This document shows positions 16,110-25,232 of a DNA stretch of 52,276 bases, piece after piece. The translations under genes and the position numbers were made by a program. Position 1 is the first letter of the stretch, and each line of letters begins with the position of its first letter. Location of the stretch: the NCBI GenBank assembly GCA_011600865.1, contig GCA_011600865.1_4890.1. One strand, written 5' to 3'. The notes beneath the pieces were generated by a model that did not search any database, was not told the DNA's origin, and was given only the letters and a program-made list of their open reading frames with translations. The stretch comes from Escherichia coli (GTDB taxonomy: Bacteria; Pseudomonadota; Gammaproteobacteria; Enterobacterales; Enterobacteriaceae).

Positions 16110-18076
16110 TGAGCTTTTTATTCGATAGCTTTGAAGGTGCAAAGAATGTTAAACCTATCAGCCGTCCTATACCATACGTCAGGGATACTGGATGGCGGCC
16201 GCGCGCGCATTACCCGGATTTGTCTTCTGCGAAGATTATCGGTCTTGACTGTGAAACATACGACCCAGGGATGGATACAAATGGTAGTGGTTGGGCCAGG
16301 AGGGAAGGTCATATCGTTGGAGTTAGTATCGCTACGGACAATGGCTTCAAGGCTTACTACCCAATCAGACACGAGCTCGGCGAAGAGGATAACCTTCCAG
16401 CTGAGGAAGTACTTGGTTGGCTTCGGCGCGAACTCTCGCGACCTAACCAAGTTAAAGTCGGTGCTAACATCACATATGACTTGGGCTGGCTTGCAGCAGA
16501 AGGCGTGGAAGTCAAAGGATTGTGCATGGATGTACAATTCGCGGAAGCATTACTCGACCCAGGCGCGCGTGTTGCACTTGAAGGACTTGGACGAAAATAT
16601 GTAGGCGAAGGTAAAGACTCAGCCGAGATGTACCAATGGATTTCAGATGCTTATGGATGTAAGCCAACAGGTGAAGCCAGAAAGTACATCTACAAAACGC
16701 CTCCTCGTCTTGTGGGTTACTACGCTGAATCTGACGCCGACTTACCAATACACATTATCAAAGCCCAGTGGCCTTTGTTAAGTCGCTGGTGTTTAACAGA
16801 CGTATTCTATATGGAGTGCAAGCTCATTCCATTAATGCTTAAGATGCGTTTTGCAGGTGTGCGTGTTGACCTTGACAAAGCCAAAGAGGCTGATGATACG
16901 CTTAGCGCTGAAATAAGGAAAATGCACCAGCAGATTAAAGACCAGATTGGCTTTAATATTAACGTTAACTCAGGTCCTGATTTAGCACTTGCATTTGACC
17001 ATTTAGGTCTGGAGTACTTCAAAACAGCGGCGGGTAATCCGTCGTTTACGGCAGACTTCTTAGCAGGTTTGCACCATCCGTTCGCGGAACTGGTGTCTGA
17101 GATTAAGTCTTATGAGAAAATCCAGTCCACGTTTATTCGTGGCTATATATTGGGGATGAATACAAATGGCTTCCTTCACGGTCAATTCCATCAAATGCGC
17201 GGTGATGACGGTGGAACCGTTAGTGGTCGGTTTAGCTCATCTGACCCTAATCTGCAGAATATACCGTCTCGACACAAAATACTGGGACCACTCCTTCGTG
17301 CTTGTTTCGTACCGGACGTCGGACACAGATGGGGATCAGCAGACTACGCCCAAATTGAATATAGATTCATGGCGCATTTTGCAGTCGGCCCGGGCGCTGA
17401 TGAGTTACGAGCAATTTTCGCGGCTAACCCGGAAGCAGATTACCACAATGTTATGGTCGATATTATCAAGGAAGCATCAGGTCACGTTATAGAGCGTAAA
17501 CCGGCTAAGACCATCAACTTTGGTTTGTTATACGGCATGATGCTTAATGCTCTTGCCCGTAAGTTAGCAATGACGCCTGAAGAAGCAGAACCTGTTCTGA
17601 AGGCGTATCATCAGGGTGCGCCATTTATCGGCGCTACCATGAAGCACTACGAGGATTTATGCTATAGCCAGGGGTACGTAGAAACCTTTATGGGCCGGAA
17701 GACATGGTTCAACAAATGGGTTCCAAAGCGTGGTGGATTCGGTAAGATGCCTTTGCCATTTGAAGAAGCACGTCAGGAGTACGGTCCGAACATTAAACTG
17801 GCAGACACCCACAAGGCAATCAACCGAGTGCTGCAAGGGTCGTCAGCGGACCAGATGAAGTCTGCAATGCTGAAAGGATATGAAGACGGTTACTTCGACG
17901 TGATTGGCGTACCTCGCCTGACGGTACACGATGAGCTTAACTTCTCTCTACCAGCTGGTAAGCAAGCAGAAGATGGATTCTATGATTTCGTACGGGTCAT
18001 GGAAACTGTGCTACCGCTTCGTGTACCTGTTCTTACTGATGCTAAGATAGAAAGTAACTGGGCAGAGGCACACTAA
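16109..18076 (+). CDS. Family A DNA polymerase with 3'-5' exonuclease domain
   Basis: Exo I motif LDCETYD; polymerase motif A DYAQIEYR, motif B RKPAKTINFGLLYGM and motif C VHDE. Confidence 0.92.
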   Translation: MSFLFDSFEGAKNVKPISRPIPYVRDTGWRPRAHYPDLSSAKIIGLDCETYDPGMDTNGSGWARREGHIVGVSIATDNGFKAYYPIRHELGEEDNLPAEEVLGWLRRELSRPNQVKVGANITYDLGWLAAEGVEVKGLCMDVQFAEALLDPGARVALEGLGRKYVGEGKDSAEMYQWISDAYGCKPTGEARKYIYKTPPRLVGYYAESDADLPIHIIKAQWPLLSRWCLTDVFYMECKLIPLMLKMRFAGVRVDLDKAKEADDTLSAEIRKMHQQIKDQIGFNINVNSGPDLALAFDHLGLEYFKTAAGNPSFTADFLAGLHHPFAELVSEIKSYEKIQSTFIRGYILGMNTNGFLHGQFHQMRGDDGGTVSGRFSSSDPNLQNIPSRHKILGPLLRACFVPDVGHRWGSADYAQIEYRFMAHFAVGPGADELRAIFAANPEADYHNVMVDIIKEASGHVIERKPAKTINFGLLYGMMLNALARKLAMTPEEAEPVLKAYHQGAPFIGATMKHYEDLCYSQGYVETFMGRKTWFNKWVPKRGGFGKMPLPFEEARQEYGPNIKLADTHKAINRVLQGSSADQMKSAMLKGYEDGYFDVIGVPRLTVHDELNFSLPAGKQAEDGFYDFVRVMETVLPLRVPVLTDAKIESNWAEAH

Positions 18077-18091
18077 TTAAAGGTCTATAAT

Positions 18092-18367
18092 ATGTCTAAG
18101 ATAGGTTTAGAGTATGAGGCAGATGAAACGCTTAAGTTAAGGGCGAAGGAGATACTAGACGCCTCAGGCTGCACGTCAGGCCTGGACTGGTTTACGAAGA
18201 TATTCCAGGAAGAACCAGAAGCTGTTGCCAAAAAGATTTACAAGAGTAATACTTTACGACAGGATATTCCTGTGCTGTGCTTCCAGATACGTGGCGATGA
18301 TGATTGCTGGACGCAACAGCTATGCGATGAATTAGAAACCCTGTATTGTGAAGAAGAGGGAAAATAA
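18092..18367 (+). CDS. Hypothetical protein
   Basis: 91 aa acidic ORF after the polymerase gene. Confidence 0.55.
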   Translation: MSKIGLEYEADETLKLRAKEILDASGCTSGLDWFTKIFQEEPEAVAKKIYKSNTLRQDIPVLCFQIRGDDDCWTQQLCDELETLYCEEEGK

Positions 18368-18591
18368 TGATTGAGACTACACGCACATCAGACCTTAATG
18401 ATATGGCGGCAGAAGCTGAACAAGTGGCCCGTGACACAGCACTGTTAAACCGTGTCAGATATACAGGCGTAAGTCCGCTGATGTGTTACCAGTGTGGGGA
18501 TGATATTGAAGAAAAGCGTCGTCAGCTTTTACCTGGTACAGTATTGTGCGCGGCGTGTGCGCAGTATAACGAACTAAAAGGTAAACGTTAA
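18367..18591 (+). CDS. TraR/DksA-like C4 zinc-finger protein
   Basis: 74 aa with CYQC ... 17 aa ... CAAC spacing typical of the TraR/DksA zinc finger. Confidence 0.6.
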   Translation: MIETTRTSDLNDMAAEAEQVARDTALLNRVRYTGVSPLMCYQCGDDIEEKRRQLLPGTVLCAACAQYNELKGKR

Positions 18592-18596
18592 TAAGC

Positions 18597-18619
18597 AAGG
18601 GGCCTTCACTCGGCCCCTT
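18597..18619. terminator. Bidirectional intrinsic terminator between convergent gene blocks
   Basis: Perfect 8 bp stem aaggggcc / ggcccctt with loop ttcactc, between the plus-strand stop at 18591 and the minus-strand stop at 18606. Confidence 0.5.
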
Positions 18620-18914
18620 TGTTGCTCCAGTTAATTATGCTGTCCATCTTGTCTGCACAGTCATCAAGAGCTGTTCCGCGTTCAATAGCTAACTGGCCTA
18701 TTGCTTTCCAGGTATTACCGGTTAATTCAGGCTTATGGCATTTAACCATGTAGGCGCCAGGCGGATAAACCTTGACTATCCTGTCAACATAAACAACTTC
18801 AGGCTTATCAGCGCACGAGGTCAAGAACGGCAGAAGGAGCAACGGTATTAGCACACGAATCATCTTTTGTCGCTTCGTCATATTTACCTTTCTTATCACG
18901 CAGTTGTTGTTCAA
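18606..18914 (-). CDS. Outer-membrane spanin (o-spanin, Rz1-like lipoprotein)
   Basis: Signal peptide with lipobox-like LTSC (MIRVLIPLLLLPFLTSC); the true start is probably an internal Met (MTKRQK or MIRV). Overlaps the 3' end of the i-spanin gene. Confidence 0.6.
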   Translation of the reverse strand: MNNNCVIRKVNMTKRQKMIRVLIPLLLLPFLTSCADKPEVVYVDRIVKVYPPGAYMVKCHKPELTGNTWKAIGQLAIERGTALDDCADKMDSIINWSNKGAE

Positions 18915-19137
18915 GCTCAGCTATCTTACTGGCGCGTTTGGCTGAAGCCTCACGCTCATCCTTTACGGAGTTAATCAGCGTTTGATTAGCAGCAGATAAC
19001 TCGCCATTGGTTTTGTTAAGCTGTTTGATTGTACCGTCGCGGTCGGCAACATCACCTTTCAGCTCACGTACCCACAAAGACAAGAACATAATGGCGATGC
19101 CGAGAATAGCTGCAATTATTGCGCCGGTTTTAGACAT
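18808..19137 (-). CDS. Inner-membrane spanin (i-spanin, Rz-like)
   Basis: N-terminal transmembrane helix IIAAILGIAIMFLSLWV followed by a charged coiled-coil region; position after the endolysin. Confidence 0.6.
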   Translation of the reverse strand: MSKTGAIIAAILGIAIMFLSLWVRELKGDVADRDGTIKQLNKTNGELSAANQTLINSVKDEREASAKRASKIAELEQQLRDKKGKYDEATKDDSCANTVAPSAVLDLVR

Positions 19138-19691
19138 AAAGCTTTTTCCTTTTGCTTACGTATTGTCAAGCCCCTGTACTTGCCACCCATATCCCAGTCA
19201 GTTATGCGATTACACATTTCCGTCCAGTTTTGTTTACGAGCAGCAGTATATATTTTGGTAGGCGAGCCATCCTTGTTCTTACGGAGTCTAGTGCAGCCAT
19301 GGTTGAATACCATAGATGTCATGGCACTGAACTGATTGGTGTTCATATCTTTACCGTGGAACCAGTCATTAACACACTTTTCAGCCTCTTGAATATTCTT
19401 GACCCAGCGGTCAGCAATCTCCTGGTCTGTCAAGCCTTCGCGGCGTACAGCGGGCTCATCGTTGTAGATGCGGCTACCAATACCAACTGTTAAATAACCA
19501 GTAGGGCACACATACGGGTTGCGCATACAACCTTCTGCATTACCGATTATCTCAAGACCTTCTTTATTAGTACGGACATGCGTACTTGTCATCGACAGAA
19601 CAAGCCCGATGATAGCGAGCACGCTACAGCCTCCTTTAGTCGCTGCTGATTTCAGACTCACGCAACACCTCTTCTTTCGATGCGACTTCAT
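19116..19691 (-). CDS. SAR endolysin (T4 lysozyme family, P1 Lyz-like with cysteine regulation)
   Basis: N-terminal weakly hydrophobic SAR-like segment CSVLAIIGLVLSMTS; lysozyme core EGLEIIGNAEGC...YVCPTGYLTVGIGS with Glu, Thr and GIG of T4 lysozyme, but Cys at the position of catalytic Asp20 and an EGC cysteine. Confidence 0.85.
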   Translation of the reverse strand: MKSHRKKRCCVSLKSAATKGGCSVLAIIGLVLSMTSTHVRTNKEGLEIIGNAEGCMRNPYVCPTGYLTVGIGSRIYNDEPAVRREGLTDQEIADRWVKNIQEAEKCVNDWFHGKDMNTNQFSAMTSMVFNHGCTRLRKNKDGSPTKIYTAARKQNWTEMCNRITDWDMGGKYRGLTIRKQKEKALCLKPAQ

Positions 19692-19896
19692 CCTCTATCG
19701 GCTTCTTACGATTGTAATAATCCGACATAATTTTGGTTCGCCGTGTTTGGTTATACGTAACAACAATAAGCATCACTAACGAGCTGAGTATACCGATAAT
19801 AGTACCCCAATCACTTAGTGATAAAGTACTTACTGTTATTGTTACCCAAGCCACAAACTGGCCAATAAGGGAAGGCTTGTCGTTGTAGTCAAACAT
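19636..19896 (-). CDS. Holin (pinholin-like, two transmembrane segments)
   Basis: Start refined to the ATG at 19896 with GGAGAT RBS; two hydrophobic helices (FVAWVTITVSTLSL and GTIIGILSSLVMLIVVTY) and a charged C-terminus; directly upstream of the SAR endolysin. Confidence 0.55.
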   Translation of the reverse strand: MFDYNDKPSLIGQFVAWVTITVSTLSLSDWGTIIGILSSLVMLIVVTYNQTRRTKIMSDYYNRKKPIEDEVASKEEVLRESEISSD

Positions 19897-19998
19897 CCCA
19901 TATCTCCGGTTTATTGTACACCCAGAGTGGATTATAGCACGACTCAAGCATAAAAGAAATGCTACCAGCAACTGCACAAGCTTGCTGGTAGCAATTAG

Positions 19999-20502
19999 TT
20001 ATGGTCGTACAGGCCAGTCAATATGCGGCGCATCTGACATTACAAGCAACATCAAATCAGCACGGAATTTATGCAAAGCGATGATACGTTCTTCATCCTC
20101 TTCAGTGTCGAGTTGCTCTTCAACCCAAGCCTGTTCTTCCTGCAGGCGCTCTTCTGCAATTGCTAACTGCAGTTCCGAGTGCTTAACGAATTTGCCATTA
20201 ACGTAAGACCACTCGTAATAGCAATCCGCAAACTTATCAGCAGGCACAGAGTCAACAATATGCAAATCACAGTTAACAGGAAACAGCAACGTAGGATTGT
20301 TAGAATACGCCGCCACAGCATTGTACTTATCCACAACAATATAGTGAACCAGCTCTTTATTCTTAGCCAGCTCTTTAGCCAACTTGCGCCAGTCATTACC
20401 GTTGTTATCCTTGATGAATACAACGCCTTGCTTAATCAGCGGAAGTGTCTCCGCCGTCCTTTGTGGGTTGTATTCTGTAAAGTTGAAAAATGACAGTTGC
20501 AT
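19999..20502 (-). CDS. Tail fiber assembly protein (Tfa chaperone), paralog 2
   Basis: 167 aa; clear paralog of the adjacent 180 aa protein (FFNFTEYNPQ vs FRNFTMYHPE; NDWRKLAKEL vs RDWYNLAKEL); Tfa-like C-terminus ending DWPVRP. Confidence 0.65.
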   Translation of the reverse strand: MQLSFFNFTEYNPQRTAETLPLIKQGVVFIKDNNGNDWRKLAKELAKNKELVHYIVVDKYNAVAAYSNNPTLLFPVNCDLHIVDSVPADKFADCYYEWSYVNGKFVKHSELQLAIAEERLQEEQAWVEEQLDTEEDEERIIALHKFRADLMLLVMSDAPHIDWPVRP

Positions 20503-20505
20503 GGT

Positions 20506-21048
20506 TTACTCCGGCATAGGTGGAACAACCATAGCGGAACCAAGATTAACGTCAAGACGATTGACAGCAATCCTGTAATCACGCCATTTAGCAAACAGCT
20601 CTTTTTCTTCATCGGTAGCATTGCCACTATCAACTGTGTCGCGTAAAACACTGACCTTGGTCGAAGCGATGGACAGAGCTTGTTCTTTACGCTCACGAGC
20701 AATCTCCTTCATCATTGGTGCGTTAAGCGTAAACTCTTTACCGTCGAAAAGCCATTCGCCGACAGTCTCGAAGATATTGAAAGGCGGGTCGTATGTTACA
20801 ACCATATCACAACCCACAGGATGGAACATAGTCGGGTCGGTATGTGCAGCAATTACAACTCCGTTCTTATCTATCTGCAAGAACGTTGCGCCTTCGTATT
20901 TGATAACTAACTCTTTTGCGAGATTGTACCAGTCGCGACCTTCCTCATCCTTGAGGAAGATTGCACCAGCATTTACAATGTTCTCGTTCTCTTCTGTTAC
21001 CTCAGGATGGTACATGGTAAAATTACGGAACACCTTATGCTTAGTCAT
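20506..21048 (-). CDS. Tail fiber assembly protein (Tfa chaperone), paralog 1
   Basis: 180 aa immediately downstream of the tail fiber gene; Tfa-like C-terminal region WRDYRIAVNRLDV...PPMPE. Confidence 0.65.
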   Translation of the reverse strand: MTKHKVFRNFTMYHPEVTEENENIVNAGAIFLKDEEGRDWYNLAKELVIKYEGATFLQIDKNGVVIAAHTDPTMFHPVGCDMVVTYDPPFNIFETVGEWLFDGKEFTLNAPMMKEIARERKEQALSIASTKVSVLRDTVDSGNATDEEKELFAKWRDYRIAVNRLDVNLGSAMVVPPMPE

Positions 21049-21057
21049 AGTAAACCT

Positions 21058-22398
21058 TTACGATACGTTGCTTACGTTAATCCAAGTGCCGTTGATATAA
21101 TACTGTAACGGCGCTGACCAGTACGAGCCACCGCGCAGCTCTTTTTTATCGCCGAAGCGCCAGCCAGTCATTACATGCCCACGGTAGAACGTTGACTCGG
21201 ATACACCAGCAGCAATACGAGCGCCGAGTCGAATACCCCGAACGTTACCGGCTGAAGTATCGATAGGCTGCGGGTTGTTAGGTGAATATACTCTAACACC
21301 ATTCTCGCATAAAATAAAGCTGTTTGTGGTAGTTACTCTGCTGTTAAGGCCATCTACCTGCAAAGCTACTGTACGACGGTCGGCAATACCACCAGGGCGA
21401 CACACTGCCATGTTAATCTGGGTGGCACCACCTGCCGTAAGAATGTGCTGGATATGTGACATAGGCACAGAACCCCAGCAAGCCGCAGTGATAACGTTAC
21501 TGTTAGCCGCAACAGAAACAGAAGTCAGCAACTCCTGAACAGCAGTACCGCCTGCAATGTTACCGGAGTACTCAACAGTACCTACGCCGGCGGAGTTAGC
21601 AGCACGCAGCAAGTCGGAAGTAGTACGTGCAATATGTAACCAGCCGATAGTACCTAAGTTACCACGGATTGAGTCAGAACCATCCATAGGGATGAAGTCC
21701 TGGTTAATACCCAGCTCAGCGGCCGTAGGTTTATTGTCAGGCCCGTAAGAGTATGACCAGCCACCCCAGGTATTGTTAACCTTCTCACGCATAGCAATTA
21801 CGCGCTTACCTTTGGTTCGTGCCCACTGTGAAGCGTTATTAGCATCCCAGTTGATGTGCAGAATCTCAGTCTCAACGCCGTTAGTAGGTCCGCCAGTACC
21901 TGACGCTGGAAGCTGATAGATACCGTCATCTGTAATGCTGTTAGCATTAGTAACGACTTCAGCATTACCACCTAAGCCAAACGCTCCAACCTGGATTACG
22001 TTACCAGAGGCTTTACCTATCTGACGTGCTGCAGCAGACGCAGCGGTCAGGTCGAGTACAGGACGCCACTGCGTGGGGTTAGCCGACGGTACCATGTTAA
22101 TATTTTGCACCAGACAACGGTACAGCATATTGTCAGCATTAACTTTAACCAGTGCACCAACCGGGTAGGTCTCAGTTTCTACCCATACGTCAACACCCTG
22201 CTGTAGGATGTAGTGGATACCTTTGTCAGTACGGTTACCGATAAAGTTAAACCACTCCATCGGAGGAATACCTTCCGAGTAGCCGAGGGTTGCACCCCAG
22301 CCTCGAGCAAGGTCACCGAACGGCAGCAGTTCACCAGTACCCGCTGAGCTGGCGAAGATGTCGTTATCGGGTCTTGTTTGTACATCAGCCATATACAT
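21058..22398 (-). CDS. Tail fiber protein
   Basis: 446 aa Gly/Ala/Thr/Asn-rich protein upstream of two Tfa chaperone genes and downstream of the baseplate genes. Confidence 0.6.
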   Translation of the reverse strand: MYMADVQTRPDNDIFASSAGTGELLPFGDLARGWGATLGYSEGIPPMEWFNFIGNRTDKGIHYILQQGVDVWVETETYPVGALVKVNADNMLYRCLVQNINMVPSANPTQWRPVLDLTAASAAARQIGKASGNVIQVGAFGLGGNAEVVTNANSITDDGIYQLPASGTGGPTNGVETEILHINWDANNASQWARTKGKRVIAMREKVNNTWGGWSYSYGPDNKPTAAELGINQDFIPMDGSDSIRGNLGTIGWLHIARTTSDLLRAANSAGVGTVEYSGNIAGGTAVQELLTSVSVAANSNVITAACWGSVPMSHIQHILTAGGATQINMAVCRPGGIADRRTVALQVDGLNSRVTTTNSFILCENGVRVYSPNNPQPIDTSAGNVRGIRLGARIAAGVSESTFYRGHVMTGWRFGDKKELRGGSYWSAPLQYYINGTWINVSNVS

Positions 22399-23044
22399 TC
22401 ACCTGTGCTGGTAAGTTTACAGTAGCATAACGGTACAGGCTATCTGTAACGTCAACGCTCGTATTAAGTTCAATCTTCACCCCTGTGGGGCGCGGAAGAA
22501 TATCGTAGTTCTGAATCAACACTTGCTTAAGCGGAGTCAGAGTACTGTATATCTCCAGAGTCATTGTCATATCTTCGTTGTCAGTTATAACGAAGTTATT
22601 CATTCCGAAGAATTCAATCAGGAAGTCAATTAAATACGGCATAGTACCGTCTTGCATGTTCTTCCAGATTTTCATCTTGATGTAAGTACGCAGGTCAATA
22701 TCATCAAGAATTACCGGGTCCCATATTGATGCACCGTAACGGTAGAACGGACCGCCTTTATTACCAGACGAACCGCCGAAGCCAAGCACGTCTGGTACTT
22801 TATTGGTAAAACCGAAGAACTTACGGTCTACGCCTTTTTTAAGAACACGAGAGGCACCAACTCGGGCTGCAACATTATCAAGACCTTTACCGAAAGCTTT
22901 ATCAATATTAAGACTATCAACAACTTGTTGTGCGCCATCCCAGATGCCTTGAATAGCATCATCGAAGCCTTGAATAGTTGCAACAGCTTTTGGTTTATCA
23001 GCGTACTGCTGAATAAGTAGTTTATGATATTCAGCCATCAGCAT
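22385..23044 (-). CDS. Baseplate-associated protein (DUF2612-like)
   Basis: 219 aa between the baseplate J-like gene and the tail fiber gene; assignment by position and general resemblance to Mu-type baseplate clusters. Confidence 0.4.
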   Translation of the reverse strand: MLMAEYHKLLIQQYADKPKAVATIQGFDDAIQGIWDGAQQVVDSLNIDKAFGKGLDNVAARVGASRVLKKGVDRKFFGFTNKVPDVLGFGGSSGNKGGPFYRYGASIWDPVILDDIDLRTYIKMKIWKNMQDGTMPYLIDFLIEFFGMNNFVITDNEDMTMTLEIYSTLTPLKQVLIQNYDILPRPTGVKIELNTSVDVTDSLYRYATVNLPAQVNVYG

Positions 23045-24203
23045 TCACCACTGCAATAGTGATACGGTTCGCAGCGAATATTGCACGCTCAAGAGCAGTG
23101 ATACGCAGAATCGTGTCTGTTGACGGATTAGGTGTTTTACCCACAAAGAACGTCTTGATGTAGAAGTTCGGGCTTACACCGTTAGCTTCTTGAATCAGCT
23201 GGCCCAGTTCGTAAGTCGATACCTCTTCACCGATATTGTATACCTTGGACAGAATAGCATTCTTAATAAGGTCCTCGGAAACGTCGGTAAACAGTTCCTT
23301 ACGAGCTACAACGAGTGAAGCATACGCCTCAACATAAGTAGGCTGACTCCATTTCATTGTGCGCTGTGTACCTGATTTATCCGTAATCTGATACGACACA
23401 GTACCAATCTGCGTACAGCCATTAGTCTTACGACGGAAGATACAGTCAGCAATAGCAGCAGGCGAACCGCCATCCACAACAATCTGCATACTGTGAGGAG
23501 GTAAGCCAGTTAACGGGTCTTGTGTGCTTTCTTCGTTCTCGTAACCGTTACATGCGATAACATCAGTCATCTGACGAATCTCAGCAACAATACCATCGAC
23601 GCTGTTCGTGCCAGGTTTGCCGTAAGAAGCATATGCCCGGTCTATTGCCTCAGAGTCGAGTTCAGTGGACGCACCGCCAGACGACACTTGCATGTTTGTA
23701 ACTTTACGTACACCAGAAACAATAGTCTGTGGCTTAAGCTCGTCGTTTGCAAGTACGACAAAGCGTCCAGTCTTAACAGAGCTGAAGCTTGTTTCAACTA
23801 CACCGTTATCATCCAGCGCAACGGTGGAGTTAAGCTGGTACACGTTATTCGAGCTGTCAGTTACATAGTAAGGAGTACGTATAATAGTGTTACGGTCACC
23901 TTCAATCTTAACCCTGGTCAACAGCGTTGACATCTCGCCTTTACGCTGAAGCGCTACGTAGGCAAGGAACTGGTCTACGTACACACCAGACGCCTGGTTA
24001 GGGTCAAGCATAGAAAACAGAATTGCAACTTGCTCGTCCTGGTCTGCAAACATCTGCGCCAGAATACCAACCATTTGTCCGTCAGCAGACTTAGCTGACA
24101 AATCAATATCCGCGCCATACACACGACGGAAGAGCGTTTCGAATCTGCTGATCCAGTCGTCGAGCTTGACGGGAACATAGCCTGTGCTAGTTACAGAGCC
24201 CAT
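23031..24203 (-). CDS. Baseplate J-like protein
   Basis: 390 aa in the gp45-gp46-gp47-gp48-like order of Mu/P2-type baseplates; assignment mainly positional. Confidence 0.5.
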   Translation of the reverse strand: MGSVTSTGYVPVKLDDWISRFETLFRRVYGADIDLSAKSADGQMVGILAQMFADQDEQVAILFSMLDPNQASGVYVDQFLAYVALQRKGEMSTLLTRVKIEGDRNTIIRTPYYVTDSSNNVYQLNSTVALDDNGVVETSFSSVKTGRFVVLANDELKPQTIVSGVRKVTNMQVSSGGASTELDSEAIDRAYASYGKPGTNSVDGIVAEIRQMTDVIACNGYENEESTQDPLTGLPPHSMQIVVDGGSPAAIADCIFRRKTNGCTQIGTVSYQITDKSGTQRTMKWSQPTYVEAYASLVVARKELFTDVSEDLIKNAILSKVYNIGEEVSTYELGQLIQEANGVSPNFYIKTFFVGKTPNPSTDTILRITALERAIFAANRITIAVVNADG

Positions 24204-24574
24204 CAGTTTTCTCCGGTTAAATTAATACTTCTGTTAATAGAGGTTGTGTTGTGATAAATATCATTAACCTCAACCGAATAAACAGCGTGACGGGAGTCAG
24301 GGTCGAAGCTTAGGGTAAAGCTCTCGATAGAACTAACTCCATACTCCGCAAGTATTGCTGTCTTGATTGCAGCCTCCAGGTCAGCCCATCGAACAGGCTT
24401 CTCCATTAGTCCGAACCAGTCAATGCCATAGTCCAGGTCATGTACCCAGTCCATAGTATAACAGCGGAGTATCTGCACGATACGTTGTTCAATGGACTCA
24501 GACGTATCGGCGTAGTCAAGTCGGCCACGCCCAAAATTCCAGTCCCAGTTTGAATCGAGTCGTCTAGTTCGCAT
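24203..24574 (-). CDS. Baseplate protein (Mu gp46-like / GPW-like)
   Basis: 123 aa ORF start-stop coupled to the J-like gene. Confidence 0.4.
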   Translation of the reverse strand: MRTRRLDSNWDWNFGRGRLDYADTSESIEQRIVQILRCYTMDWVHDLDYGIDWFGLMEKPVRWADLEAAIKTAILAEYGVSSIESFTLSFDPDSRHAVYSVEVNDIYHNTTSINRSINLTGEN

Positions 24575-24584
24575 TGTGGGTTAC

Positions 24585-25232
24585 CTAGTTTTGCGGGCCA
24601 TTAGTAATACCACCACCGTCACCGTTTTCTTGGTGTCTGTGTTCGGACATCTTAACGCCGCCAATGTCAACTTCTTTAAACTTGGCTTCTGTGTTTGGTG
24701 CATTAAGTGTTGGTGTATCAAGCAAGTCCACTGCTGTAGCCTTTATCGATACCTTGCCAGCATTGTTAATATTGATATAGTGGCTACCATCAACCTTACG
24801 GATAGTTACACCTTCCATCCAGTTTGTTATCTTCAGAGGTTTAGGTCTGAAGCCCACAAGACAGAAGCAGTCTGACATGTCGTTCTGTCGGAAGTCACCT
24901 GGTATAGCGTTTTCAGCCAGCTCATACCATACGTCAATACACCTGTCAGCAACAAGAAGTAAGCACGGGTCGCCTTTCTTCGGTTCGAGCGTTATAACAA
25001 AATCACCGCCGCCTAGCTGGAATAAAGGAACATCAGCTGCTGGCGGTAACTGCCTCATTGAACCATCTTCGTTTTCGGCGCTAACCATAGGCTCAACAAC
25101 AACAGTCTGTAGGTCACTGTTAAACGATACTATACGACCGGGTAAACAGTGGCGCTTACCAATCATTGCAGCAAACAGTGCGGCCTCAATGGCCTCGTCA
25201 AGTGTTGCTGTGTTATAGTCAATAGCTGACAT
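24585..25232 (-). CDS. Baseplate assembly protein (gpV / central spike-like)
   Basis: 215 aa, Gly-rich C-terminus, position upstream of the gp46/J-like genes. Confidence 0.4.
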   Translation of the reverse strand: MSAIDYNTATLDEAIEAALFAAMIGKRHCLPGRIVSFNSDLQTVVVEPMVSAENEDGSMRQLPPAADVPLFQLGGGDFVITLEPKKGDPCLLLVADRCIDVWYELAENAIPGDFRQNDMSDCFCLVGFRPKPLKITNWMEGVTIRKVDGSHYININNAGKVSIKATAVDLLDTPTLNAPNTEAKFKEVDIGGVKMSEHRHQENGDGGGITNGPQN

